In this document: piece by piece, positions 1 through 10,958 of the stretch
Layout of the letters: each line of letters opens with the position of its first letter
How positions within the stretch are numbered: the stretch's first letter is position 1
Source: Tubulanus polymorphus
Lineage: Eukaryota > Animalia > Nemertea
Assembly: GCF_964204645.1 (NCBI RefSeq)
Contig: NC_134033.1
Span: 8,750,655 to 8,814,654, forward strand
DNA: 64,000 nt
Direction: 5' to 3'
Translations under genes and position numbers: made by a program
Notes under the pieces: model-generated
Database searches by the model: none
Seen by the model: the letters and a program-made list of their open reading frames with translations, nothing else
Told to the model about the DNA's origin: nothing

Positions 1-3000
1 AGTTTTATAAAGTCAGAAGAAAAAATGGATTATAATATTCAAACACACTCTGAAGAAATAATTTCAAAAACACAAATAAAAGAGAAGTTAGAAAAAATAT
101 TTAATGAATTTAAACGTCATATTGAAGAAAGATATTTTGAGGGTTCTGGCTTAACATTGAATGAAATTATATATTTAGATTTAAATGTTTATAATACAAA
201 AAGAAATAAAACATCAAAAAGTAATAAAATGTTTAAAAATGATTCAAACTTTATAACAGAAAAAGATATGAAAGCATCAAGTTATATCAAATTACCATTT
301 ATAACAAAAGCAGTAATAAATATTCAAAATGAAGATAATAAATGTTTTCTATGGTCAATTATTAGTTGCTTACATCCAACAGAAGAACATGTTTATAGAA
401 TAACAGATTACCAGAAATATGAAACATTATATAAAATTGATCAATATCCAGTAACTATAAAAATGATTCCTAAAATAGAAAAAGTTAATAATTTAAAAAT
501 AAATGTATTCGAATTAATGCAATTACCAAAGACAAAAGGTGAAAATATTAAAGATTATACATTGGAAGCTTTATATTTAACTGAATATTATGATGATGAA
601 AATGCTATAGATTTGTTATATTACAAAAAAGATGAAAATGAACATTATATGTGGTTAAAACAAATTGATTTATTCTTTAGAACAGAAAGTGATTTTAACA
701 GCCATAGAATTTATCTATGTAGAAAATGTTTATCTAAATTTAGAACTGAGAATACATTATTAAAACATAAAGAATTATGTGATAATAAAGATTTTTGTAA
801 ATTAATAATGCCAACAGAAAAAGATTATAAATTGAAATTTACTAATCATAAATTTAAAAATATTGTTCCATTTGTAATATATGGGGATTTTGAATCATTG
901 AATAAAGAATTAACTGATCAAGATAGAAAAGAAATATATAACAAAAAGCAATTATTAAAATCAATGGATAAAGGAAGTGAATTAAATGAAGACATAATAC
1001 AAGACCCACCAATTATAAATACAATTAAAAAAGTTCATCAAAGAGCTGCTGCTTATGGAATTTATATAAAATCAAATTATCCCGAATTATATGAAAGTCA
1101 ATATATTTCTTTTAGAGGTGAAAATGTAGTTAATGATTTTTGTGATAAAATGATTGAATTAGAAAGTGATTTTGCAAAATTATTGAATACAAATAAAGAA
1201 ATAATTATGACAGAAGAAGATGAAATTGATTTTAATTATGCAACTCATTGTTGTTACTGTGAAAAACGTTTTTATTCATTTGATAAAAAAGTAAGAGACC
1301 ATGATCATTTGAATGGAAAGTTTAGAGGCGCTGCACATGAGAATTGTAATTTACAAGCCAAAAAAGTAAATTTTGTCCCCATTATATTTCACAATTTATC
1401 GGGGTATGATACCCATCTATTTATAAAACAGTTATGCTATAAAATAGAAGAAATTAATAATGAAATAGAAATATTAAATTCAAATAGATTAAAAGATAAC
1501 AAAGTATCAACTTATAAATTTAAAATACTAGCTAAAACATCTGAAAATTATATTTCATTCCAATTTGGGTGTTTAAGATTTATAGATTCATATAGATTTC
1601 TAGCAAGTTCATTAGATAATTTAGCAAAAAGTTTAGTTGATAATGATTTTAAAATAACTCAACATTATTATCAAAATGAACAAGATTTTAAATTATTAAG
1701 ATATAAAGGAGCGATTCCATATTCTTTCTATAAAAATCATAATGATTTTAAAATAACAGAATTATTAAAAGATCAATTTTATGATAAATTAAAAGAGGAG
1801 TATGTGAAAGATGAAGTGTTTAATAGAACATTAAATATTTGGAACCATTTTAAGATGAAAAATCATGGTGAATTAGTTGATTTATATTTAAAATCAGATG
1901 TTATGATATTGGCTGACATATTTGAAAAATTTAGAGAAGTTAATTTGAATCATTTTAATGTTGATCCTTGTTATTGCTACTCTAGTCCTGGTTTAACCTG
2001 GCAATGTGGTTTAAAATATACAAATGTAGAATTAGATTTATTAAAAGAACCAGATATGGTTTTATTATTTGAAAAATCAATTAGAGGTGGAATTAGTGGT
2101 GTTATGGGAGATAGGTATTTTAAAGCAAATGATGAATATAAATTATTATATATTGACGCCAATAATTTATATGGTTGGGCAATGATGCAACCTCAACCAT
2201 ATAAAAATTTTATATTAACAGAAGTTGAAAATGATGATAAAACTGATTGGGAAAGCGCAATTATTAGTTTAAAAGACGAAGCACCAATTGGTTATTTCTT
2301 TGTAGTTGATTTAGAATATCCTGAAAATATAAAGTTTAAAACAAGAAACTTACCTTATTGCCCAGAACATTTAACTGTAGATGATAGTTAATTAAGTGAA
2401 TACCAGAAGAAAATAAAACCGAAAGATCATGTTTTTACAGAAAAATTAATACTTACTCAAAATAATAAATACAATTATATTGTTCATTATAGAATGTTAA
2501 AATTTCATCTAAAGCAAGGAATGAAATTAAAGAAAGTACAAAGATATATTGAATTTAATCAATCGAAGTGGTTAGAAAAATATATAGATTTCAATACTCA
2601 ACAGAGAACAATATCAAAAACAGATTTTGAGAAGGATTTTTTTAAATTGATGAACAATAGTTTTTATGGTAAAACTTGTGAGAATATTCGTAATAGAAAT
2701 GATATTGAATTAGTGAATAATTCTGAAAGATTAAGACATTTACAATCAAGCCCCAGACATTTACAAAATAAAAGATTTGAAGATTATTTAACAGCAGTAA
2801 AATTAAAAAGAACATCTATGAAATTTAATAAACCAATATTTATAGGTTCAACTGTTTTAGAAGTTTCAAAGCTATTGATGTATGAATTCTATTACAATGT
2901 TTTACAACCACTTTTTGGAGAAAAACATATAGAAATATTATATTTTGATTCTGTAACAGCTGACACCCCAATATTATTAAAATGTAATAATAAAATATTG

Positions 3001-4469
3001 GTAAGAAGAATTTCAGAAATAATTCCTAATCAAAATAAATCTTATATTTTGTATGGTGAAAAAGAATTAATACAAATAAATGGATTAATGGATGTTTGGA
3101 CAAGAAATGGATGGAAAAAATTAAATAATATTATTAGACATAAAACAAATAAGAAAATCTATAGAGTTAGAACTAAATTAGGATTTGTAGATGTTACAGA
3201 AGATCATAGTTTAATTAAACAAAATGGTGATGAAATAAAACCAACTGATATAAAAATTGGAGATGAATTATTACATAAAAGATTTTACCCAAGAATGAAT
3301 CATATGTCATTTGATGAAATAATTGATAATATTTATAATATAGAACCCGAAACATTAGAAGAAAAAGAATATTTTATCAAAGGATTTTTCATGGGTGATG
3401 GTTCAGCAGGTGTGTATAAATATGTTTGGGGTAATAAATATTGTTGGTATTTATGCAATCAAGACTTAAAATTATTAGAAAGAATTAAGAAATTTTGCGA
3501 AAAAGTTTATTCACATAAAACATTTAGAATCATGGACCATATGAAATCATCCGCGGTTTATAGAATACTTGTAAATAATCCTAAAGATTTTGCTTTAAAA
3601 TATAATGATGAATTCTATATTCATGCAATAGTGAAAAGTAATACTTCGACAAAAGAAAAGATAGTTCCAGATTATGTATTAAATGCAAAAAATAATTTAA
3701 GAAAATGGTTCTTCATTGGATTCTATGCAGCAGATGGTTCAAAAAGTTTCCAAAACCGCAAAACAATATCCTTTGCTCAAAAAGGAAAAGTTGCTATATC
3801 AGGATTAAATATATTATGTAATTCATTAGGTTTTAATATGAATATTGGATTGATTAAATCTAAACCAAATTGCTTTAATCTAAGCCATGTAGAAAATGAG
3901 TTAACTGAAGAAGTTAAAGATTTATTTGAAATATATAACCCAACTGACTATGTTTATGATTTATCAACAGATGATGGAACATTCAATTCTGGGTTCCCAT
4001 TAATCCAAAAAATACTGACAGTTACATACTAAAAATCAAGACAAATGACATAACAAAAGACTTAAAAACATTAAAACATCATTTTGATTTTAGCAATTAT
4101 CCTAAAGATCATGAACTATTTAGCAATGATAATAAAAAGATTCCTGGTAAATTTAAAGATGAATTAGGAGGTGATGAAATGATTGAATTTGTTGGGATAA
4201 GAAGTAAAATGTATAGTTAAAGAACAAAAGATCATGAAGCTAAAAAGTTAAAAGGAATAACAAAACATGTGGTTGATAAACATATAGAATTTCAAGATTA
4301 TATAAAGTGTTTATATAAATCAATTGTAATGAAACACAAAATGAATTGTTTAAGATCAGAAGATCATGAGATGTACATTAATGAAGTTGAAAAAACTAGT
4401 TTAAATCCATTTGATGATAAAAGGTATATTTTAGATGATGGTATAAAAACATTACCTTATGGCCATTAA
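1..4469 (+). pseudogene. polB: Protein-primed family B DNA polymerase (pPolB) with HNH/EndoVII-like insert and an intein; disrupted
   Basis: Motifs: exonuclease YGDFES, FHNLSGYD, IDSYRF; EndoVII-like CxxC...RDHDH...GAAHENCN; polymerase YIDANNLYG, KLMNNSFYGK, YFD[intein]TDS, GKFKDE, SKMYS, KLKG, DDKR. The frame is open from position 1. In-frame TAA at 2389-2391 and 4218-4220; 1-nt frameshift in an A-run at ~4007-4012. Confidence 0.93.
2950..4013 (+). mobile_element. Intein with dodecapeptide (LAGLIDADG) homing endonuclease at the pol-c site of pPolB
   Basis: Block A SVTADTPI directly follows YFD. Block B VDVTEDHSL (~3187-3213). LAGLIDADG-like motifs FIKGFFMGDG (~3373-3402) and FFIGFYAADG (~3709-3738). 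Block F YVYDLST. With one A restored, the C-terminus is ...LIQKN followed by extein TDS (4014-4022). About 355 aa. Confidence 0.93.
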
Positions 4470-5767
4470 AACATAAAATCAATATCATAATACTCGAAAT
4501 CACTATTGGCTTCTTCATTTTCATTTAATTGTTCAGGTTCTTCTTCCATTCCATTTTTCTCATTTAAATAAATTTCTATCTTGTTCCACATTTCATCTCG
4601 CTCTCTTTGTTTCTTTTTGTTTGTTAATTCATCAAATGGAATTATAATATCTAGGTTTAAATAATTTACAATCTTATTTAAAAAGAATTCATAATTTATT
4701 GAATCTGTTATTCTATTTTCCAAATGATACATTAATATTTGTTTAAATATTTTTCTTATATTTTCCATATCTTCTTCTGTTAATTTAGGTTTTTCATAAT
4801 AATCGTTAAATAATAAATATAAATACATTTTCTTTTCTTTTGTGTTAAATGTTGGTGGAATAATTGTTTTTATAATATCTTTTTTAGTTATTTCACCATT
4901 TTTATTTTCTATTATTTTCATTTTTTCAAGCCATTGTATATATTCTGGTGTATGATCTTCTATAGAAAATATTTTAAAAATTTCATCAAGATAATTTAAT
5001 TTTGGATCTATAAGAAAATTTCTAGTTTTTTCTTCATCCCATAAATTCTTTTGCCATCCACAATCAACACAAAATAACACAGTACCTTCTTGTCTTAAGG
5101 TCGCATAACTACATTGTGGACATTTTCGTTTATAATTTATTGGTAATAGATCTTCATTAAGCTCTTGGTATTTTCTTACGTTTTCTTTATGTTTTATTGT
5201 TCTATTATGTAGATTTGAATTACTTGTTGTAATAATCAATTTACAATATTTACAATAATATGTTTTTCTTGTTAATTCATTATATTGTTTTTCTAACTTT
5301 TCAATTGTTTCTTCATTATCTGGTAACGTTTTCTCATATTTTATTTTTTCTAATAAATTATTTTTTCTTTCATTGAATTCAGTTTCAAATTTATTAGAAA
5401 TTTTATCTATATGTGCTTTACGAAATTGATGATTCTCCCAATCTTCTTTATTATCAGGGATGTATTTCATTCGACAAGGCTCGCAGAAATGATTTTTTAT
5501 TTTATCCTTATCATAGAATAAGGAAGGTCTTTTCCAAATAATTTCAGGTTCAACTTCAGCAGAATTATTATCAACATTAGCTGTTGCGCCATTAATTCTA
5601 CACTTCTCTGAATGTTTTTTAACATAATTTCTTGAGAATAATTGATTACATTTTGGGCAGTTTATTTTAGGGGGTTTATAATTTTCATCATGTTTTTTCA
5701 TATGTCGAGCCTTATTACTTTTTCTTAGAAGTTCACCACAAATTTCACATGCTATCTTCTCATCCAT
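4466..5767 (-). CDS. Multi-zinc-finger protein with C-terminal poxvirus/NCLDV VLTF3-like late transcription factor domain
   Basis: N-terminal C2H2-like fingers (CEIC..H..H, CPKC, CEPC, CKYC..H..H), a Zn ribbon CPQC...FCVDCG, and C-terminal INYEFFLNKI..L...IPF...K....DEMWNKI, matching the VLTF3 pattern NY.f.L.K...D.iW.KI as I recall it. Confidence 0.7.
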   Translation of the reverse strand: MDEKIACEICGELLRKSNKARHMKKHDENYKPPKINCPKCNQLFSRNYVKKHSEKCRINGATANVDNNSAEVEPEIIWKRPSLFYDKDKIKNHFCEPCRMKYIPDNKEDWENHQFRKAHIDKISNKFETEFNERKNNLLEKIKYEKTLPDNEETIEKLEKQYNELTRKTYYCKYCKLIITTSNSNLHNRTIKHKENVRKYQELNEDLLPINYKRKCPQCSYATLRQEGTVLFCVDCGWQKNLWDEEKTRNFLIDPKLNYLDEIFKIFSIEDHTPEYIQWLEKMKIIENKNGEITKKDIIKTIIPPTFNTKEKKMYLYLLFNDYYEKPKLTEEDMENIRKIFKQILMYHLENRITDSINYEFFLNKIVNYLNLDIIIPFDELTNKKKQRERDEMWNKIEIYLNEKNGMEEEPEQLNENEEANSDFEYYDIDFMF

Positions 5768-5835
5768 TTATTTAGGAAAAATTTTATTAAAATTAATTTT
5801 TAGTGATGAGCGGTAATTTTTTTATGTCATAAATA

Positions 5836-6594
5836 ATGGTAGAATTAAAAGAATACAGAATATTTGTTGATTCTAGAAAACTTACAAATTATAAATCTCA
5901 TAATTTATTAGTACAATTAGATAGAGAATTTAAGAATTGCGTTGATTTGAAATTAGTAAATATAAGTTTATGTAATTCTTTTTATAATATATCGGATAAA
6001 ACTTTCGAACATAGAGGTTTTGCAATTCATATGAAAAATAAAAATAAATGGTTTTATCTAATGTTAAAACCAGGATTATATAATTTAGAAACATTAGCGC
6101 AAGAAATTAATAAAAGAGCTCGTTTAAAACTTGGAAGTGAATATAAATTTTCAATTAGATTTATAAAAAGTGATAGTTCTGATAAAATTAAAATAAAGTT
6201 AGATGATGAAAGCAAACATGCATTTATGGTAAGGAAACCTTTAGCTAAACTGTTAGGAATTAAACCACAAATTGTTACAGGAAACGTAGATGATAATTCA
6301 AATATAATACCTTTTACACACTTTTATATTTATTGCAATTTAATCGATCCTACAAAAACATTTGAAGCAACTAAAGATACAACATGTAATTCTGGTTTAC
6401 TAAACATTTTACCATTGAAGAATGTTAAACAATTTGGAACGCAAATAAATTATAATTTAACAGAATGTGATTTTAAACCTTGCATTCCTCATTTTAATAA
6501 TTTTAGATTAGAAATAAGAAATCATAATGGATACTTAATTGATTTAAATAACTTTCCTGTGATATATGAATTAGTTATAAGATGTAAAGAGTAA
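5836..6594 (+). CDS. Minor capsid (penton-like, single jelly roll) protein
   Basis: C-terminal pattern YIYCNLI...LLNILP...FKP...FRLEIRNHNGYLIDLNNFPVIYELVIR is typical of Polinton/PLV minor capsid proteins; viral context. Confidence 0.7.
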   Translation: MVELKEYRIFVDSRKLTNYKSHNLLVQLDREFKNCVDLKLVNISLCNSFYNISDKTFEHRGFAIHMKNKNKWFYLMLKPGLYNLETLAQEINKRARLKLGSEYKFSIRFIKSDSSDKIKIKLDDESKHAFMVRKPLAKLLGIKPQIVTGNVDDNSNIIPFTHFYIYCNLIDPTKTFEATKDTTCNSGLLNILPLKNVKQFGTQINYNLTECDFKPCIPHFNNFRLEIRNHNGYLIDLNNFPVIYELVIRCKE

Positions 6595-6610
6595 TTTTTT
6601 CATTATATAA

Positions 6611-6970
6611 ATGAATATAACTGTTGGACCGAGTATATGTTTTGGATTTGATTTTAAACGTGAGAAAGAAATAAAATTTAATATTAATGATGTAATAACA
6701 CATATCAAAAATATTACATTTTCTAATGAAACAACATTTGAGTATGAAACAACAATTGATAAAGAAACTTTAAATGTAGAAAAGATTACTAATTTAATTA
6801 GAGAATCTTTAAGATTTTATGAATTAGATGAAGATTTTATCATCGATGATATTAAAAAAATAATAATTGAAATATATGATAATCATAAAACTAGTAATGA
6901 AATAAATGTTGAATTAATCATAAATAAGTTAACTAAATATTTTGATGATAGTAATTTTTTTGATAAATAA
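6611..6970 (+). CDS. Hypothetical acidic viral protein
   Basis: Intact 119-aa ORF starting at the element-wide TAAATG motif. Confidence 0.6.
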   Translation: MNITVGPSICFGFDFKREKEIKFNINDVITHIKNITFSNETTFEYETTIDKETLNVEKITNLIRESLRFYELDEDFIIDDIKKIIIEIYDNHKTSNEINVELIINKLTKYFDDSNFFDK

Positions 6971-7192
6971 ATGAGTGATAATAAGTGGATAATAACTGGA
7001 TTATATAATGGCGCATTACTATCAGTTGGAACTGTTGGTTATTCAATGGTATTAAAAAAAGTATTCAAAATGGGAAGTGTTAATGTTGATAGATTTGATA
7101 TAAATGATATTTTGAAATTAACATTAGCAGTTACTTTATCTAATTTAACTATTGATTATTTGGAAAAACAAAAATATATTCCTCCCATATAA
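6971..7192 (+). CDS. Small hydrophobic (membrane) viral protein
   Basis: 73 aa, two hydrophobic segments; TAAATG start fused to the preceding stop codon. Confidence 0.65.
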   Translation: MSDNKWIITGLYNGALLSVGTVGYSMVLKKVFKMGSVNVDRFDINDILKLTLAVTLSNLTIDYLEKQKYIPPI

Positions 7193-7216
7193 ATGCATAA
7201 TTTTTTTGTTAAATAA

Positions 7217-7639
7217 ATGGCTTCTGCAATTATAACTATTATAGGATCAGCAATTGTTAACGCTTTAGCATTTACTGGTGGTGGATATTTATTTAAACAT
7301 ATTGATAAAAATGGATCATTAACAGAACAAAAAAGACATAATTTAGCGTTAGAGAAATATAATAAAGATGCAGAAGAATATAGAGAAAAGAGACAAAACT
7401 ATATGGATTACATCAATAAAGAATTATATGATCAGAAGATTTCACACAGAGATTTTCAATCAGTTGATGATGCAATGAGTTTATATAACGCAGTAACCAA
7501 TAAAGAAAAATTACATCTATACAAACCTAAATTATCAGATTATTATACCCCAAGTAAAGAACAACAGAAATATGAAATAATATGGATTTTAGGTGGAACT
7601 GTTATTGTTATATTTGTTGCTTATAAGTTTACTAATTAG
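7217..7639 (+). CDS. Viral membrane protein (hydrophobic N-terminus, coiled coil, C-terminal TM)
   Basis: MASAIITIIGSAIVNALAFTGGG, charged helical middle, IIWILGGTVIVIFVAY; TAAATG start. Confidence 0.7.
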   Translation: MASAIITIIGSAIVNALAFTGGGYLFKHIDKNGSLTEQKRHNLALEKYNKDAEEYREKRQNYMDYINKELYDQKISHRDFQSVDDAMSLYNAVTNKEKLHLYKPKLSDYYTPSKEQQKYEIIWILGGTVIVIFVAYKFTN

Positions 7640-7658
7640 TAATTTTTTTGTTAAATAA

Positions 7659-8093
7659 ATGGAAGATAAAGTTGATAGTATTGATATTATTCCTCATGAT
7701 ATAAATAAAACTAAATTAAAAACATATTTAGAAAAACAAATATTAGAATTTGAAAGTGACTTAAAGATAAAAAAGAAAAAATATTTAAAAAGTAAAATTA
7801 TATATTATCTTATTATTAGTGGTTCGGTTACAATTAGTTCTGTAATAACATTTCTAGCAATATTTAGTCCATTAACACCTTTAGCTATATCAATTGGTGT
7901 ATTAGGATTGAGTTCAAGTGTTTTAACTGGTATAAGTTCAAAATTAAATATAAAAAGTAATAAAGAAAAAATCAAAACTAATATAAAAGAAATTAATAAA
8001 TTAAAGAACACACTAGATTATATAATAAGTTTAAATGGTCATATAACAGTTGAAGAACAAGATAAATTATTAAAAGAATTAATAAATTATTAA
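7659..8093 (+). CDS. Two-TM hairpin membrane protein flanked by coiled coils
   Basis: Hydrophobic stretch IIYYLIISGSVTISSVITFLAIF...LAISIGVLGLSSSVLTGI; TAAATG start. Confidence 0.65.
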   Translation: MEDKVDSIDIIPHDINKTKLKTYLEKQILEFESDLKIKKKKYLKSKIIYYLIISGSVTISSVITFLAIFSPLTPLAISIGVLGLSSSVLTGISSKLNIKSNKEKIKTNIKEINKLKNTLDYIISLNGHITVEEQDKLLKELINY

Positions 8094-8109
8094 TTTTTTA
8101 ATTATATAA

Positions 8110-9444
8110 ATGGCAGATAGTTTTCCAAAAGCTTTCCAATATAATAAATCAATTAAATATAATATTCCGGCAATAGATTTTAAGAAAAATATTACATATA
8201 AAAATATAGTTTTAAATTCATTAACTAATTTAGAAATTTATGTTAATGAATCACAGTTTTTTATTTCTATAATGGAAAATATATTTAATACATATGAAGT
8301 TACTTTTACTCGAGATGAATATCATATATATAAAGTAAAATCTAATATGAAATATTGGCAGAATCAATTAAATTTTGCTGTTTATTGTGCAACAACAGGA
8401 TGTGGAATAAGTTGGAATGATCATTTAAATAACTTAGATAAAAATTTGAAGTATTCTGATTTAAAATTAATTCACACAATATTTAGATTTCACACATATT
8501 TTCAAATCAGAATAATATTAAATGAATTAGAATGTCCTTTACCCGGGTCTAAATATTTTAAAGAATTGGATAATAATATTAATATATCCAAGTTTTATAA
8601 AACATGTAATGAATTTAATATAAATATTAATTCCGATTTCAGAGCGCATGGTAAATTACAAGGTGTTGGTGAACAGTATGAAATAAAAAGAATTGATTAT
8701 ATGCATAGAATTGGAGCTTATCATAATTATAAAATTGATAATAATAATGGTTGGGTTAATTTCATTTTAGAAAATGGTGAAGGTTTTACAAAATCAGGTA
8801 TACAAAGAATAAATCAATCTATTAGAATTTATTTGATATGTATTCTAGGCGCCCAAGTTGAAACAAGATCCCCAATAATTGGAAATGATAACACTTCATT
8901 CGATGCGCAGAAACAGTTTAAAGTTTTATTTGAAGATTCCATACATGATGATAAAAATAGATCGATTCCAGAAAACATTATAAGATATCAAAATTATTTA
9001 GATAAATCTCATGTAAGACTAAATTATTGTATAGGCCCTAATCTATTAATTATTTCTAATGATTTAGTATTGAAGATGGGAAACATAATTGGTTATAATA
9101 ATCTAATTAAAACTGCAACAATAAATAATTCATTTGGGTTAAATGATATAAATAAAAAGATTATTACTGCTCCAAAATCAATGGAAGGTGAACAAAATAA
9201 AAAACACATTCAATCAACAGAAACTAAAACTAAGAATATTAAATTGGTTAATGATTCCAAAATAAAAGATTACAATACATCAGAAAATGTTGCCGTACGG
9301 CACCCACATGGTGATAATAGAACTGATATTATTCAACATGATATAATTAAAACTAATGATGATAATAAATCCCATGAAAATACTAAATTAGCTATAACTT
9401 GTATAGGAATTGTAATCGGAGGAATATTATATTTTAAATTTTAA
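8110..9444 (+). CDS. Uncharacterised viral protein with C-terminal TM anchor
   Basis: Intact 444-aa ORF, WQNQLNFAVYCATTGCG block, C-terminal LAITCIGIVIGGILYF; TAAATG start. Confidence 0.7.
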   Translation: MADSFPKAFQYNKSIKYNIPAIDFKKNITYKNIVLNSLTNLEIYVNESQFFISIMENIFNTYEVTFTRDEYHIYKVKSNMKYWQNQLNFAVYCATTGCGISWNDHLNNLDKNLKYSDLKLIHTIFRFHTYFQIRIILNELECPLPGSKYFKELDNNINISKFYKTCNEFNININSDFRAHGKLQGVGEQYEIKRIDYMHRIGAYHNYKIDNNNGWVNFILENGEGFTKSGIQRINQSIRIYLICILGAQVETRSPIIGNDNTSFDAQKQFKVLFEDSIHDDKNRSIPENIIRYQNYLDKSHVRLNYCIGPNLLIISNDLVLKMGNIIGYNNLIKTATINNSFGLNDINKKIITAPKSMEGEQNKKHIQSTETKTKNIKLVNDSKIKDYNTSENVAVRHPHGDNRTDIIQHDIIKTNDDNKSHENTKLAITCIGIVIGGILYFKF

Positions 9445-9460
9445 TTTTTTTATTATGTAA

Positions 9461-10918
9461 ATGGATGTAGAAGGTGGAGAAGATTATGAAATGGGAGAAA
9501 TGGGAAATGATAATGAAGGATATATTGATGATGATTATAATGATGCAGAAACTAATATTGATAATAATGATGAATCAGCATATAATTCTAATTTAGCAGA
9601 TAGTGGTTCTAAAGGTCAATCAACAGATGAATTTGATAGAAGAACTAGATCGAGAATAAATCCTGAAAATGAAAATCCAGATTTAGTAAAACAAAATTTA
9701 GAATATAATGAATATATTTATAATTTCAAACCTATATTTGAAAAATCTGGATATAATATCAATGCTAGAGGCGCCAGACTTTTAGTACAAGAATTAAAAT
9801 CTTTAGATGGTGAATATTATTAACATTTGAAAGATGATTATTATATTGATATCTCTTATAAAAAACAAAACAAAATATTAGCAGAATCAACTTTGCTTAA
9901 GTTAGACCTATCTAGAATTAAAAGAATAAAAAATAGTAATGAACCAGAAGATGTAACACAAGAAGAAATTATTAAAAATGAAAGAGTATTTAAACAAAGA
10001 ATTAATGAATTATTTGAAACAATCGATAATAATTTAGAACCAGAAACAAGTTCTGAACAGAATATAACTTCCAAAACTAGTAAACTTAAATCAAATAAAG
10101 TTCCAATTGAAAAACTTTTACCGAATGGGTTACTTGATGCAACAGATCAAGAATTAGAAGATTTAGATATATTTTCTGATAAAGCAATTAGAGAAATTAT
10201 TAGTATAAGACTTGCATCTGATAAAATTGCACATGATAAAAGTATAAGAGATTTAAAAATTAGAACTTTAGAAGATGAATTATTAAAATCAAGAAAAGAA
10301 ATAGAACAATTGAAATTAGATAGAGATAATAAAGTTATTGAAGAAATTGAATTTAAAAAAAGAAATGCATATTTAGAAAAAGAAATTGATGATTTAGAAT
10401 ATAACATAGAATTACAAAAAGAAGAAATTAAATCATTATTTAAATCATATGATTATAATATTGATAGATTAAAAGATGTTTTTAAAAGATATCTAATAAA
10501 ACCAGATTCTAGAATATCATTAAAAGATAGAATAAAATTATTATTTAAGTTTGAAGGAATAACAATTCTTTCAATTCTAACAGCTGTAACTATGTTATTT
10601 ACAACAATTGGTTTAGCAATATCAAATGCTTTGAAATCTACTCCTACTCCAAATAAACCGGATAAACCTCCAGGCAATAATTCTATACAAGATAAAGTTA
10701 AAGAAGGTTTAAAGAAATTAGCAAAATATTTATGGGAACTATCAAAGAAATCTGCTGCAGCATTGCCAGGAGTTATTGCCTCAATTGTTGGTTTTGTTTT
10801 AAAATCTGCAGGAAACATTATTAACTTTGCTGCTGAACATATTATTTTATTTTTAATTACAGTTGTAAGTGCTATTATTTTTGGTTTAGTAAACATGATA
10901 TCAAAAAATATCAAGTAA
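9461..10918 (+). pseudogene. Acidic/coiled-coil protein with C-terminal hydrophobic helices, split by one stop
   Basis: ORFs 9461-9823 and 9827-10918 are in the same frame, separated by TAA at 9821-9823; copy 3 reads TGG (YYWHLK) at the equivalent position. Confidence 0.75.
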
Positions 10919-10958
10919 CCATGATGAAAAATAAATAATTAATTTTTTTGTTAAATAA

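Noticed and set aside
4001-4016. Programmed -1 frameshift at the intein C-terminus
   Set aside because: No canonical X XXY YYZ heptamer in the right phase; a 1-nt homopolymer deletion or sequencing error is simpler, and the MCP is frameshifted too.
9856-10914. Antisense ORFs over viral genes (also 1977-2162, 7805-8011, 13191-13382, 14847-15035)
   Set aside because: Shadow frames of AT-rich coding sequence, with no motifs and no TAAATG start.
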